Below are positions 26,323 to 39,612 of a DNA stretch of 64,000 nucleotides, in pieces (position 1 is the stretch's first letter; the number at the start of each line of letters is the position of its first letter). The stretch lies in contig NC_086097.1 of NCBI RefSeq assembly GCF_963921235.1, positions 238,268,001 through 238,332,000 of the forward strand, in the 5' to 3' direction. The DNA is from Mobula hypostoma (lineage: Eukaryota). The translations under genes and the position numbers were made by a program. The notes under the pieces are model-generated. The model ran no database searches, was not told where the DNA came from, and was given only the letters and a program-made list of their open reading frames with translations.

Positions 26323-26672
26323 ACAGGTTGAGTGAACTCGGTCTTTTCTCTTTGGAGTGACGGAGGATGAGAGGTGACCTGACAGAGGTGTATAAGATGA
26401 TGAGAGGCCTTGATCGTGTGGATAGTCAGAGGCTTTTTCCCAGGGCTGAAATGGTTGCCACAAGAGGACACAGGTTTAAGGTGCTGGGGAGTAGGTACAG
26501 AGGAGATGTCAGGGGTAAGTTTTTTTACTCACAGAGTGGTGAGTACATGGAATGGTCTGCCAGCAATGGTGGTGGGGGCACATACAATAGGGTCTTTTAA
26601 GAGACTTTTGGATAGGCACAACTTTGTGGGCCAAAGGGTCTATATTGTACTGTAGGTTTTCTATGTTTCTAA
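26323..26672 (+). mobile_element. CR1 3' end nested in an older CR1 (about 25760-26975)
   Basis: RMRGDLTEVYKMMRGLDRVDSQRLFP; TTTCTATGTTTCT tail; older CR1 resumes on both sides. Confidence 0.85.
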
Positions 26673-27499
26673 CTAGGGGACATAGATTTAAGATTAAGGG
26701 AGATAGATTTAGAATAAAGATGAATAGAAACTACTTTTTCCAGAGAATAGTGAATCTCTGTGGAATTTTCTGCCCAAGGAAGCAATAGATGATACCTCAT
26801 TAAATATACAAACGTATTTAAAACACAGTTAGATAGATTTTTGCATAGTGGGATAATTAAGAATGGTGAGGAAATGGCAGGTGGGTGGAGGTCAGGTGAC
26901 TGCCAGATTAGCCATCATATTGAATGGCAGAGCAGGCTCGATGGGCCAGATAGCCTTCTCTTGCTCCTGTTTCTGCGGTACTGAAAATATCTGGGTCTAT
27001 ACTAGAAAAGAGATATTTATAAGGCAATTGATTTCTGACTACAATATTTGATTGAATTTTGGAGTGATATTGTTGTATTGCTTGTTATCACCCAAGGTGA
27101 TATATCAAAAAAAAATCTATTTTTGTTTGCCTTTACAAGGAGCTTTGCATGAAGAATACATTTATTCCATATTTTACTCCAGAAGCTAAGAAAGCAAAAC
27201 ACAGTTGAATCCTTATCTTCAAATGCCAGTTTTGTTGATTATGGTCCCACTTCAGTGATCACAAAATCAGATATGAACAAAATTTGATTGAAATTCCAGA
27301 TAATTCTTGCAGGATGAGAGGGTAGATTTATATATTGTTGGTGACAGTTTCTCTTTACGCAAAGTATATTACGAGTCTTGAAACTTTCTTACGAAATAAA
27401 TTATTGATGAGTCAATGCAAATGGAAAATTTCAAAATTAAGTATGATTGTTGGGCAGAGATAACAGAAGCTGCTGAAAAAAGGTCAGTCGCATCAAAAA

Positions 27500-28395
27500 G
27501 GTAACTCATCAGCATATAGGAGGGAGATTGAAATTCTGTTTAAATGGTGCCACAACAACAACTTCTCATTCAACGTTAGCTAAACCAAAAAGCTGATTAT
27601 TGACTGCAGGCGGAAGAAACCGGAGGTCCATAAACCAGTTTTTATTAGAGAATTAGAGGTAAAGAGAGTCAGTAACTTTAAAATCCGTAGCATTATCAAT
27701 GTGAAGGATCTGTCCAGAGACCAGCTCACAAGTGCCATTACAAAGAAGGCTTGGCAGCCCCACTATTTTCATAGAAGTTTACGCAGATTCAGTATGTCAT
27801 CTAAAACTTTGACAAGTTTCTATAGATGCACAATGGAGAGCATTCTGACTGGTTGCCCCATGGCCTGGTATGGAAAGATCAACGTGCAAGAAGAGACAAG
27901 CTTACAAGAAGTCATAGATATAGCTCAGTCCCTCATAGAAAAAGCGGTCTCCACCATTGATCAAATCTATCTCAAGAAAGCAGCATCCATTAAAGACCGC
28001 CCGCCATCCAGGCCATGCCTCTTTCTCACTGCTGCCTTTGGGTAGGGACTACAGGAACCTTAGGTTCCACACCACCAGCTTCAGGAACAGTTATTACTTG
28101 ACAACCGTCAGACTTCTGAACCACTGTGGATAACTTCACACACCTAAACACTGAAATGATTCCACCACCTACAGACTAACTTTCAAGGACTCCACAACTC
28201 ATGTCACAGTGTTATCTATCTATCTGTATTTGCACATTGTTTTATTTAACCGTCTTGGTTTGTGTGTAGTTTTTCATTGATTCTACGGCATTTCTTTGTT
28301 TTGCTGTAAATACCTGCAAGAAAATGAATCTCAGAGAGGTATCTGATGACATATACCGTACATATTTTGATAATAAATTTTCTTTGAACTTTGAA
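27500..28395 (+). mobile_element. Rex1/Babar LINE 3' portion
   Basis: KWCHNNNFSFNVS.TK, SAITKKAWQPHYF...FYRCTMESILTGC; TTGAACTTTGAA tail. Confidence 0.85.
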
Positions 28396-28577
28396 GCAGA
28401 TGAAAGGTTGATACTGATCACCCCTGATCTGGTTGAATGGTGGATCTGAAAGAGGGACTGCTATTCATCAGCCTTTATCAATCCAATACCATTTGGAATC
28501 TGCATGTTATTTCAGTTAATCTTATGAGGACATTTAAACTATGCCTAGATTTCAAAATAGCAGGCAGTCATTTTAAG

Positions 28578-28760
28578 AACACAGGAGATACCACAGATGC
28601 TGGAAATCCCGAGGAACAAATACAAAAAGTTGGAGACACTGAGTAGGTCAGGCAGAATCTCTGGAGAGGAATGTACAATTGACCCTTCACCAGAACTGGA
28701 AAGGAAGGGGAAGAAACAAGAATAAGAAGGTGGGCGGGGGGGACGGGGGGGGAGGGTAAT
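28578..28760 (-). mobile_element. Penelope-like terminal repeat fragment
   Basis: Reverse complement of the GATGCTGCCTGACC...CCAGCATCTG unit; hammerhead partly deleted. Confidence 0.7.
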
Positions 28761-29887
28761 AATTTTAAGAATCTATATGACAATGTTTATTTATCCTGGA
28801 CAAAACTTTTTTAGTGAATATTATTAGAAACCCTCCCCCTGAAAAACTTTGGGTGAAAATGTACTTATCAATGGAAGTATGGTAGTAGAACATATACAGA
28901 GGAATGCACGTTCAAATCTGTTGCAGTCACACAAGAGTAAGATGGGATTGAAACAAAAACAAAACAAAGAAGCAAACATTGGTAAACCATTAGAAAATAA
29001 GCTGCAGATGCAATTTCGAGACAAAAATAAAATGCTGAAAAAAAACTGAAATAAAATAGAAAATGCTGTCCAAGCTCAAAAGATTAGGCAGCATTTGTGG
29101 AAAGAGAAACAGACATCTGCTTGAAGATCAAGTTTTCATCAATTTCGGGTGACCAACCATTGCAGTTTTATACCTCACATTTTGTGTATTCAAAACTGGT
29201 CACTGATCTGCAACCTTAACTCCATTTCACTCCCTACTATCCTCACCCTCTGCCCTTTCTTCTGATAATTTCAAATTTCATTCATCTCTTCCAATTTATA
29301 TCTCACCCAGATAGAGCTTTTGTTATGTATCTGTGTATCATCAAGATCACCACTTATGTGTTTCACTCTCTGTCTTCAATCCCATCCAGGCCATGCTCTC
29401 TTCTCACTGCTGCCTTTGTGTTTTATTTATTTATTTAGAAATTCATCACAGTGACGGGCTCTTCCAGTTCAATGAACCCATTTTTTCACTATTTTTTTGA
29501 TATAATTAACACATGGGCCACTACCATTAACCGAGGGGTCCTTGGACCCCAGGTTGGGAACACCAAGGTCATAACATCTTTCTATCAGTTGCATTTTGGA
29601 ATTCTACTGCTGCTTGAGAAGTTAATGACTGAATGGCACGGTTTGGAATGCAAAATATATTATTCCTTTATGCAATCTATTTTTTGCAATGAAACTAATT
29701 TGCATTTCTGACTACCTTCATAACCTTCCAGACTGACAATTATTTTAATTTGACATCAACAAAACAGAAAAATGCTACCACATTAAAATGAAACAAATTT
29801 AGAAGACTAATAGGAACAAATACTAACTTGCTTACATGGAACATAGAATGATAAAGTGTACTGTGGGCTGTTCGGCCCGTGATATTG

Positions 29888-30494
29888 ACAATAAACTGGA
29901 CTGGTCAAAGAACACTGAGGCTGCCTACAAGAAGGGTCAGAGCCATCTCTATTTCCTGAGGAGACTGAGGTCCTTTAACATCTGCCGGACGATGCTGAGA
30001 ATGTTCTACGAGTCTGTGGTGGCCAGTGCGATCATGTTTGCTGTTGTGTGCTGGGGCAGTAGGCTGAGGGTAGCAGACACCAACAGAATCAACAAACTCA
30101 TTCGTAAGGCCAGTGATGTTGTGAGGATGGAACTGGACTCTCTAATGGTGGTGTCTGAAAAGAGGATGCTGTCCAAGTTGCATGCGATCTTGGACAATGT
30201 CTCCCATCCACTACATAATGTACTGGGTGGGCACAGGAGTACGTTAAGCCAGAGACTCATTCCACCGAGATGCAGCACAGAGCATCATAGAAATTAATTC
30301 CTGCCTGTGGCCATCAAACTTTACAACTCTTCCCTTGGAGGATCAGACACCCTGAGCCAATAGACTGGTCCTGGATTTACTTCCTGGCACAATTTACATA
30401 TTACTGTTTAGCTATTTATTACTATTTACTATTTATGGCGCAACTGTAACGAAAACCAATTTCCCCCGGGATTGATAAAGTATGACTATGACTA
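29888..30494 (+). mobile_element. Young Rex1/Babar 3' end with 8-bp target duplication, inserted in a CR1 3' UTR
   Basis: DNKLDWSKNTEAAYKKGQSHLYFLRRLRSFNIC...; (GACTAT)n tail; TGATATTG at 29880-29887 and 30495-30502. Confidence 0.92.
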
Positions 30495-32353
30495 TGATAT
30501 TGTGCCCTCCTTTTAACCTGTTGCAAGGTCAATCTAATCCTTCCCTCCCACATTGCCATCCATTTCTCTATCATCCATGTGCTCATGAAAGATTGTAGTG
30601 TTTCCCACTCTGTTTGTGGATGTTTTTTGCTAGGATTCAGTTCCATTCCATAGATCTTCAGAGTGTGTAGATAGAAAGATTAATTTGTCCTTATGACAGG
30701 AATCTAGCAATTTGATGGCACAAAGTAATTTCAGAGGAATAGACCATGTCAAGTAGTGTCACTTTTTGTCGAAACTGAAGTCAAATTGTTTTGTAATTAA
30801 TAACGATATTCGACTAATAGAGCTGGTTTGCTATTGTCACACTTACAGTGAGAAGTTTTGCCTTCAGTACTGTTATTGCAGATCAATTCATGGCACAGAT
30901 CACGGAGGTAAAATGTGATAAAACAATAACAGAGTGCAGAATAAAGTGTTACAGTTATAGGTAAGTGCAGATCATGACAAAGTAGCTCATGAGTTTCAGA
31001 ATCCATCCTGTCATGGCGGCAAATGGCTAAACCACTCTGAACCACGCATGGTGAGGATTTTAATCTGCCAAATTCAAGTTCAAGTTTAATTGTTTTTCAA
31101 CTATACATGAATACCATTGAATACAGCCAAATGAAACAACGTTAATCCGAGTCCAAGCTGCAAAACCTAGTACCAACAGACACAGGTACATATAGCACGT
31201 ACAAGGTAACAAGCAAATACAAGATTCACCCCTCTCTGGCTAAAGAAATTCCTTCTCAGCTCCATTCTATAAACACTATATAAACTTTGTTTGACCACGT
31301 AGAAGCTGCTGTGATTGAATGAGCCCCCATTTACTTCCTGAGCAATTTCTGTATAAGGGTGAGGATGTTATGTTCAATAAACCATGTTGCTTTTCTCCTG
31401 CTTTTATGATATACCATGAACAGTAACCTGACATCAGTGACACAGCCGCAACTTAAATCATTGGTCCTCTCATTCTCGTTGGTACAGAGTAATACCAGAA
31501 CTTGTGATATTTCCTTTGGCTTTGGGGAAAAAAGTTGAACAGCACAGTAAATATCGTCAGTACATAATACCTTAGTTAGCTTCAGCCAAATTTTATGGAA
31601 GCCAGAGGTAGGACCAAGCACTGACACATTAAATTTTCATTTCCTTGCCCTACACATGGTGTTTTCCCAGACCACTCTGAATACATGAGGACAGAAACTA
31701 GAACTTATAGATGTTACTGAAAAATAATAATAATAATAAGCTCAGGATTCAACAGTTCCTGAAAGATAGTGTAATCTTAGGAACTGAGAGAATCAAGGTA
31801 ACTGAGGTTTAGAATAATTTCTCTTTCAAGAAAGTTGCATATGTCAACTAGCACAGGGCTATACATCCTAATATCTAGTTAATTCTACTAAATACATTTT
31901 AAGCAGATTCTCCAAACAACTTGTTTCCCCACCCCCATAACTGGTACTTAAGTTAAATGATTTCCATGCAGGTAGTTATTTTGTTGATGCATCAGATAGA
32001 TAGCATCTATTACATGGAGCCCACTCATATAATGTGTTATTAAAACTGTTATGTCAGAATCAGACTAACTGCTTTTGTACCTCATTAAAATAAAATGACG
32101 AATCTCCTTTCAACGTATTAGTGCGCCATGGTAGCTAAGCAGTTTGGGTGGCAAGGTCACTTAATGATTAATGCAACCCGAGTTAATTTCCCACTGCCAT
32201 CTGCAAGGAGTTTGTACACTCTCGTTGTTAGGTTTGTAACTTCGAAACATTAAACCAATGCAAAGGAGCACACGGCTGTCCAAAATGTGAGTCTAGCTTC
32301 AAGTTTACTTTAAGTGAGGCATGCATGTATCCTGTGGTAATATGATGACATAT

Positions 32354-32882
32354 CCCTTCCAGTTCTGAGACCTGTACCATCAAAGTACCTACCAAAATTT
32401 AACCTGAGAAAAGTGAATTGGACATCTTTTGCAGAATCCCTTGAACAACTTATCAATACCATACCACCAGAACCTGATCATTATGAGGAAATGCTTTGCT
32501 ACAGTGGAGGAACTACCGCACAGAACATCCCCCCAAACATACAGGATTGACTTCTGGCAACAAACAGAAGCCAGAACCCCACCAAACAATACAGTGCAAG
32601 ACCCCACAGAAATGTTACCAGACGAGGCACTGCTTGACAGACGGAAGTGGTGCACTCTCAACAGAGAGAGAGCGGGAGTTTGTAGCACGGGAGACAATAC
32701 GGTAAAGTGGGGTTTAAAGACAAGCGAATCCCGTGAGTGTGACGAAAGGGTGCAGAACATTGAACACGTTCTGCGCAACCTCCCACTCTCACCTGATTTT
32801 GCTGACACTGACCTACTCAACATCAACCAAACAACACTAGAATGGTTGGCTGTCTGGTGTGACAAGCTATGATGATGATGAT
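32354..32882 (+). mobile_element. Internally deleted Vingi/I-group-like non-LTR element
   Basis: KFNLRKVNWTSFAESLEQLI (post-endonuclease) joined to WCTLNRERAGV...VKWG...ECDE..QNIEHVL (decayed CCHC end); (TGA)n tail at the stop codon. Confidence 0.65.
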
Positions 32883-32917
32883 ATGTAATTCACATATTTA
32901 TACATATAACCCATAAT

Positions 32918-33690
32918 GAGTCACAGAGTCGTAGAAAGGTACAGCACAGCGAAAGGTTATTTGACCCATCTAGACCAAGCTGAACCTTTAAATTACCTAC
33001 TCCTATCGACCTGCACCGGGACCATAGCCCTCCATGCATCTGCCACCCATGTACCTACCAAAACTACTCTTGAACATTGAAATCAAGCTTGCATTCACCA
33101 CTTGTGCCAGCAGCTCAATCCACATTCTCACAATCCTCTAAGTGAAGTTAAAAGAACTTAGAACATAGAACATAGAAATTTACAGCATATTACAGGCCCT
33201 TTGGCCCACAATGTTGTGCTGACCATGTAACCTACTCTAGAAACTGTCTAGAATTTCCCTACAGCATAGCACTCTATTTTTCCAAGCTCCATGTACCTAT
33301 CTAAGGAGCTCAAAAGACCCTATTGTATCCCCTCATGTTCCCCAAAAACTTTTCACCTTTTACCCTTAACCCATGACCTCTGGTTGTAATCCCACCCAAA
33401 CTCAATGGAAAAGCCTACTTGCATTTACCCTACCTGTACCCACATAATTTTGTATACCTCTATCAAATCTCCTTTATATCTTCTATGCTCTAAGGAACGA
33501 AGTCTCAAACTATTCAATCTTTTCTTATAACTCAGGTCCTCCAATCCCAGCAACATCCTTGTAAATTTTCTCTGTACTCTTTCAACTTTATTTATATCTT
33601 TCCTGCAAGTCGGTGACCAAACTGCACATAATACTACAGATTAGGCCTCACCAATATCTGATACAACTTCAACATAACATCCCATCTCCT
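32918..33690 (-). mobile_element. CR1 3' fragment with a second CR1 tail nested at ~33160-33330
   Basis: TAGAACATAGAACATAGAA tail inside an older CR1 3' region. Confidence 0.8.
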
Positions 33691-33953
33691 GATCCAAAGG
33701 AACAAAAATGCTTAATCAAACAGTATATATACACACACACTTATCTCAATATGATTGAAATATTAAATCAACAACGCTCCCCATGACCAATTGGTTTCCT
33801 CCAACATTTCAAAGATCGACCTACTTGTAGGTTAATTGGTCACGTAAATGTAATTGGATTGTGTGGACTTGTTGGGCCAGAAGTACCTGTTACCGTGCTG
33901 AATTGCTACTAAAATAAAATGAATATTATATAAATAAATATATATATAAATAA

Positions 33954-33976
33954 ACACACACACACACACACACACA
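33954..33976. repeat. (CA)n microsatellite
   Basis: About 11 CA units. Confidence 0.95.
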
Positions 33977-35087
33977 AATAGCTCTTGAATGTACCTACAT
34001 TAGAGTGATTTTAATTCAATGGCAATACAGATTATGCAAACTGCTCTGAGATAATTAAGAAATGAATGGTGAGCTAGCTGAAGCTCGGGATGTAGGTCCA
34101 AATATAACATTTCTTAACTATTTGAGAGTGAAACCATTCACCAAGATAAAAGGGTAATTTCACAGTAATGAATAACTGCATTTCCATACTGTAGATAATA
34201 GTATTAAAATAAAGTGGTTTAACCAACATAGAAAAGTCCTGATTGATCTAAAGGACTAAAGAATTCTCTTCTCATAAGTCTAATTTTCATGCACGTTTCT
34301 TCTAGTGGTTCCTAGTCACAATACATTTTATAATCGTGTATATATTCAAAAGATTTGAAGGACAGCAAAGAAAAGAAAAGTTCTAATGGTTCTATTTCAT
34401 ATCAGAGAACGTATACAGTATACAACCTGAAATTCTTAATCTTCACAGACATCGACAAAACAGAAAGAAAAACAAAAAATGAATGAAAGAATGTAAATGT
34501 GGAATTAATATAATAGCTGGATGTGTGCAAGTGTTAATGTTGTCTCTCATGACCAAGTTGATAATAACCTTCCCTCTGAGTCTGAAAGCTGTGTGTTCCA
34601 AGGTGGAGATGTTGTAAAACTTCACTGGAAACTTCACTGCAGTACTGATGGTGTTCTGATCTGTTGTAAGTGTTGAATTTGAATGAGGAACTAAATTACT
34701 TCGGCGCTTTGATATTTCTATCATTCACTCTATGCAGTTATTTGATTTGTGGATGTCAGTGAAGCGTAAGAATTCCAGGTGGTATACTGTATACTTTCTC
34801 TGATACTAAATTGAAGCAATTGAACCATTTGAATTATCTGTGTGCTCAGAATGACATAAACTATCTCATAGCAAAACTTCATAAAAGAGCAAGAAGTCAT
34901 TAACCTTGTTAAAAAAAAAGAGAGCATTGGGCAATAAGACACACTCCTTGGATAAAAGTCCCTTGAACACGTGATTCCCAATCATATATGTGGGCAACAC
35001 ACAAAATACTCAAGAACTCAGAATGTCAGGCAGCATCTGTGGAGGGGAATAAACAGGGAAAACGGTTTTAAAATATATAGTAATAGT

Positions 35088-35935
35088 ATGGGGGTGTCAA
35101 GGTGGGAATACATTGCTAGAAAAGGAGGTGTAAGGTGTTCCTTTCCTCTGCTAACCTTCTGGTCACCCCTGGTCAAGGTGCTTAGCCCCCAAGCAGGGTC
35201 ACGTGAAGCCATAGGAGCAGGTGCTGGATGGTCGTATGAGCAGCTGATACATATCACAAGTCCTGGTCACGCAACCATTAATACTAGGCAGACAACCTCT
35301 GAACAGTATTGATAATGGTTGGGGTCACCCATCCAGTAAAGACACTGCCTAGAAGGCAGCATTGGCAACACATGACCTGATGGCATGAACATCGATTTCT
35401 CAAACTTCAGGTAATGCCGTGCACGGCCCCCCCCACCTCACCCTTCATCATTCCCCACCCCCTTTTCCCTCTTGCACCTTATTTATCTTGCCTGCCCATC
35501 GCCTCCCTCTAGTGCTACTTCACCCCGCCTTTTCTTTCTTTCATGGCCTCCTGCCTTCTCATATTAGATTCCCCTTCTCCAGCCCTGTATCTCTTTCACC
35601 AATCAACTTCCCAGCTCTTTACTTCATTCCACGCCCTCCTGGTTTCACCTATCACCTTGTGTTTCTCTCTCCCCTCCCCGACCTTTTAAATCTACTGCTC
35701 TTTTTTTTTCTCCAGTCCTGCCAAAGAGTCTTGGCCTGAAACGTCAACTGTTTACTCTTTTCCATAGAAGCTGCCTGGCCTGCTAAGCTCCCCCAGCATT
35801 TTGTGTGTGTTGCTTGGTTTTCCAGCATCTGCAGATTTTCTCTTGTTTGTGAAGGCAATAGCAATCCACTTCTTTAGAAAAATTTTCCAAGAACAATTAA
35901 GGTCACCCATGTCATATGACATGGCACATAGTGAT
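35088..35935 (+). mobile_element. Non-autonomous retroposon (RTE-type 3' end) interrupted by a Penelope-like fragment
   Basis: Homologous to 42452-42621 plus 44353-44550 and to 17790-17865; resumes at 35851 with GAAGGCA repeated. Confidence 0.65.
35375..35849 (+). mobile_element. Penelope-like element 3' end
   Basis: PDGMNIDFSNFR* then terminal repeat with decayed hammerhead CAGTCCTGCCAAAGAG...GAAACGTCAACTG. Confidence 0.85.
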
Positions 35936-36124
35936 TCTGGGATTGCTGATGCATAGTATGAGGTCAGGGCCCTGGGATTAGCCCTGATAGTGTACCCAAA
36001 TTTATACTGAAAACCGGCGCTGACCAACTTGCTGAAGCATTCAGGGACAACTTCAACCTCTCATTGCTGTCTTCTGAGGTTCCCCTGCTTCAAAAGAAGG
36101 TCGTTGAGCTGCCTGAATGATAAT

Positions 36125-36350
36125 TAACCAGCATCCCCTCTTCTTCCCACCCACCTTCTCCCTCAGCTGGTCACACCTATTATCTGTCAGCTGCCTATTC
36201 TCGTCCTCCCCCACATTCTTATTCTGGTCCCTGCCTCCTTCCATTCCAGTCCCAATGAATGAAGCATCTTGGCCCGAAACGTCAACTGATTTATTCCCCT
36301 CCATAGATGCTGCTTGACCTGCTGAGTTCCTCCAGCGTCTACAGAACCTC
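36125..36350 (+). mobile_element. Penelope-like terminal repeat fragment
   Basis: GGCCCGAAACGTCAACTG...GATGCTGCTTGACCTGCTGAGTTCCTCCAGC. Confidence 0.8.
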
Positions 36351-37189
36351 TTGCATTAATGACGCGTGTGACCTTGTTTGAAAAAATGGTGATTTTATAT
36401 TATTTTCATGGGAAGCAGTCAATCAAGACAATGCTGTTTCCTTGAATAGGTCTAATTTCTGAAACTTTCAATACAATCCCTCTCAGGTAATGTTATGAAT
36501 TTTGGATTTTTGGAGCTTGTTTTCTGTATTTTTGTTAGCCAGATTTCCTTATTGTTTGAATATCATTTACTTCAGTTGAAAATGCAACAGAAGACTTAAA
36601 TATCTGGAGAATACAGGGTAAAAATAAGTTAATTTTTAACACTGATGTGCTCACTACCCAAGTATTTTTTTAACAACAGAAACACTTCAAATTACCCTTA
36701 CAATTTAATACAAGTACCACCAGTAGCAATTTATGCAAAACAGTCAGGACATATGTATAAATCTGAGGCAAATGTATGAGAATTAGATCTTATGAATGCA
36801 CATATTTAACTTGAATGTCTAAGCTCTCTGCATGCCCCAAAGAAGATTTCAAAAAAGTTCCAATCTCCTGCCAAGCACTGCAATAAGTATTTTAGCAAAA
36901 GAAGAATAGATGTACTGTTGGAAGTATCCTGGCTGGTTTCATTATGGTCTGGTATGGCAATTCAAATGCACAGGAATGTAAGAAGCTGCAGAGAGTAGAG
37001 TGCTCTGCCCAATAATGGGCACATCTCTCCTGACTGTCAGCAGTATCCAGGGGCAACATCCATCATCAGTGATCCTCGCCATCTGGAACATGCCACATTT
37101 TCACAGCTCTTACTGGCAGAAGCTATGGAAGACTAAAGACCCCCTACGTCCAAGAACAGCTACCTCCCTTCAAACATTTGGATTTTAGA

Positions 37190-37535
37190 GCCGTAGGAAA
37201 ATACAGCATTGAAACAGGCCCTTCAGCCCATCTAGACTGTGCTGAACTATTTAAACTGCAAGTCCCATCACTCTGCACTGGGCCCATAGCCCTCCATACC
37301 CATGGACCTATCCAAATTTCTCTTAATTGTTGAAATCGAGCTCGCATGCACCATTTGCGCTGGCAGCTTGTTCCACACTCTCACGGCCCTCTGAGTGAAG
37401 ATGTTTATCCTCATGTTCTCCTCAAGCATTTCAACTTTCACCCTTAACCCATGACCTCCAGTTGAAGTCCCGCCCAACCTCAGTGGCAAAAGCCTGCTTG
37501 CATTTACCTTAACTATACCTCTCATAATTTTGTAA
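37190..37535 (-). mobile_element. CR1 3' end nested in a Rex1/Babar-like 3' region (36905-37790)
   Basis: YKIMRGIVKVN...FTQRAVRVWNKLP. Confidence 0.8.
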
Positions 37536-37999
37536 ATATATTGGATCTTGTAGCAACAGAAAAAAACAACCCTAATCACTACTATTTAGCAACAGTATCA
37601 TCACTCTGATCACTGTGCACTAAAATGGACTTTTTCATTTTTAAGTGTTTTTTCTTGTAAAAGTTTGGCATAATTAATATTGGATTTATGTTTTCCTTGT
37701 GACTGTTCCTTATATAATTCTGTGTGCCTGTGATACTGCTGCAAGTTTCTATTGCAGCTGTGCATATGACAATAAACTCAATTTTAAGCTCTTTAGATCT
37801 AAATAGTTAGAAACTATTCATATTTGACTAGCTACCACTTGCCAGAAGCCACACACAAAATATCAGAAAAAAAAATTAGAATCTTTTACATGATTTCATA
37901 TCAACAAGGGTCAAAGAATAAGAATGAAGCTTAACTGTGTCTAAAATGTAGATCAAAAACCACTGTGAACCATCAAAAACAATATTGTGGAGGGAGGCG

Positions 38000-38736
38000 T
38001 GTGATGCTGAGCCACATCTTAGGATGTGCTGGGACACGTCATCAGTGACATGACCTGGGATCATCAGGTATTCCGGGTCTTTCAACGTCAGGCACTCTAA
38101 CCGAGGCGACCCAGCCAAGGTTGATCAGGCCCTGGCTTGTATCCCAGCAGCACTAGTCTATGGGACACACCTCTTGATCCACAGCCATCTAGAGGATTGC
38201 TCAGCATCCTCCATGATGGTCCTTATGGCTCTTTTCTTTGCAGCCCCCATAATGCTAATTAGGTTCTGTACAGTGAGAAGAAAGCAAAACCTCTACACCC
38301 CACCTCTGGAAGCTCACATCATGCCCTCCATCCCTGTCTCTGGCACTGCTCTGGTATTTGGATTTCTTACACTCAAACGCCTCCTCAATCCGATCTTCCC
38401 AAGGAAGGTTTCAAGGTTTCTGACAGAACGACCACGTCAGGCCTGAGTGATGATGATGCGATGAAGTCAGGGAACCTTAATTGATTGCAATGACCGACTT
38501 TCAGTTGCCAGTCAGACTCCATGGTGAGCAAGTCTGCTAATATTCTGGGCTGAGACTGTGGTAGGTCTCCAGCTTTGACAAAAGCTATGGGCTTTCTGGG
38601 TTGGTGGAGGAGCCTACTGTTATTAAGAACCGATGAGATACTTTCTGTCACCGTCTTCAGCACCTGGTCATGGGACCAACAGTACCGGCCTTCTCTTTAG
38701 GCTTTTGGGCAGCTGTTGAGGATGTGTTCCAGGGTT
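38000..38736 (-). mobile_element. HERO (R2-group, restriction-like endonuclease) non-LTR element 3' end
   Basis: TLEHILNSCPKA..EGRYCWSHDQVLK, AFVKAG, DWQLKV, LRPDVVVLSE, PWEDRIEEAFECKKSKY, EVGCRGFA, RWLWIKR. Confidence 0.9.
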
Positions 38737-39612
38737 TATTGTTTGTATTAGCAACAAAATCCAGAGAAACACTGCCAGGGTAACATACTCAGTAGAATGC
38801 CCACCATTCAATAAGATTGCACCAATCATTTTTCAATTGCATTTCCCTCCTCATATCTTTGTCTCTCGATGTCTTTACTTTTGTCCTAAATCACCACCCT
38901 TACCCTTTATACCATGCCTAACAGCTTGAGAATCTTAAACCAAAATAAATTACTTCTCAAGATCTCCCCTATAATCTCCTTCAGAATCTTGCATTTCTTA
39001 AAGATCACAAGAATCCTTCTTCTAAAATTCCATTGGAGATGTCCCATACTTCACCAATCTCTCTTTGCTTCTCGCTGAAACAAATGATTAATTTACTCCT
39101 ATCTAGTCCCAAAGCAAGCAAATCCCATCCTAGATTTGGAAAGGAAGTATACATACTGTATTCCAGCTATAATTATATTAAGGCATCCATAATTTGATAC
39201 TCTAATCCCCTTCAAAAGTCAATGATATATTAAATTATCATAATGGTAAATGAGACATCAGAAATTCATTGAATTACAGAGAATGAAAACATTCCCTTTG
39301 GTCCACCAAGTCAGAGCTAATGAAGTACCCATATATACTAATCCCATAGTCCAAAGCTTGGCACAGAACCTTCTGTGCCTGGTAATTTAAGTGCTTGCCC
39401 AGACAATTATTAAATGGATTTCAAGTTTCAACCAATCTATATGATAACAAATTCTGCCTCAGATCCTTTCTACAGCTTAATGCCATCTCTTCTGGGTTTA
39501 GGCATCACTGCCATAGTTTCTCATTATTCATTCTCTCAAAGTGCCTCACAATTTTGTATATCTCAATCAGCCTCCCCTGCTCCAAGTACACATGGTCTCC
39601 ATTTTCAACAGT

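Larger units (their letters stand above)
32226..33776 (-). mobile_element. Small LTR-like element carrying two later insertions
   Basis: TGTT.../...AAC(G) termini interrupting the V-SINE core; pieces 32226-32353, 32883-32918 and 33695-33776. Confidence 0.5.
32123..33920 (+). mobile_element. V-SINE (HE1-like) split by a 1.55-kb nest
   Basis: 5' half ends GGAGTTTGTACACTCTC (32223); 3' half resumes CTCCCCATGACC...GGTTTCCTCC (33777); intact relative at 39613. Confidence 0.7.

Noticed and set aside
34443..34981. Two adjacent minus-strand ORFs in unique sequence
   Set aside because: No recognisable homology or convincing splice structure
38020..38100. CTGATGA and GAAA motifs in the HERO 3' UTR (minus strand) suggesting a hammerhead
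   Set aside because: Order and pairing fit a simple hairpin, not a three-stem core
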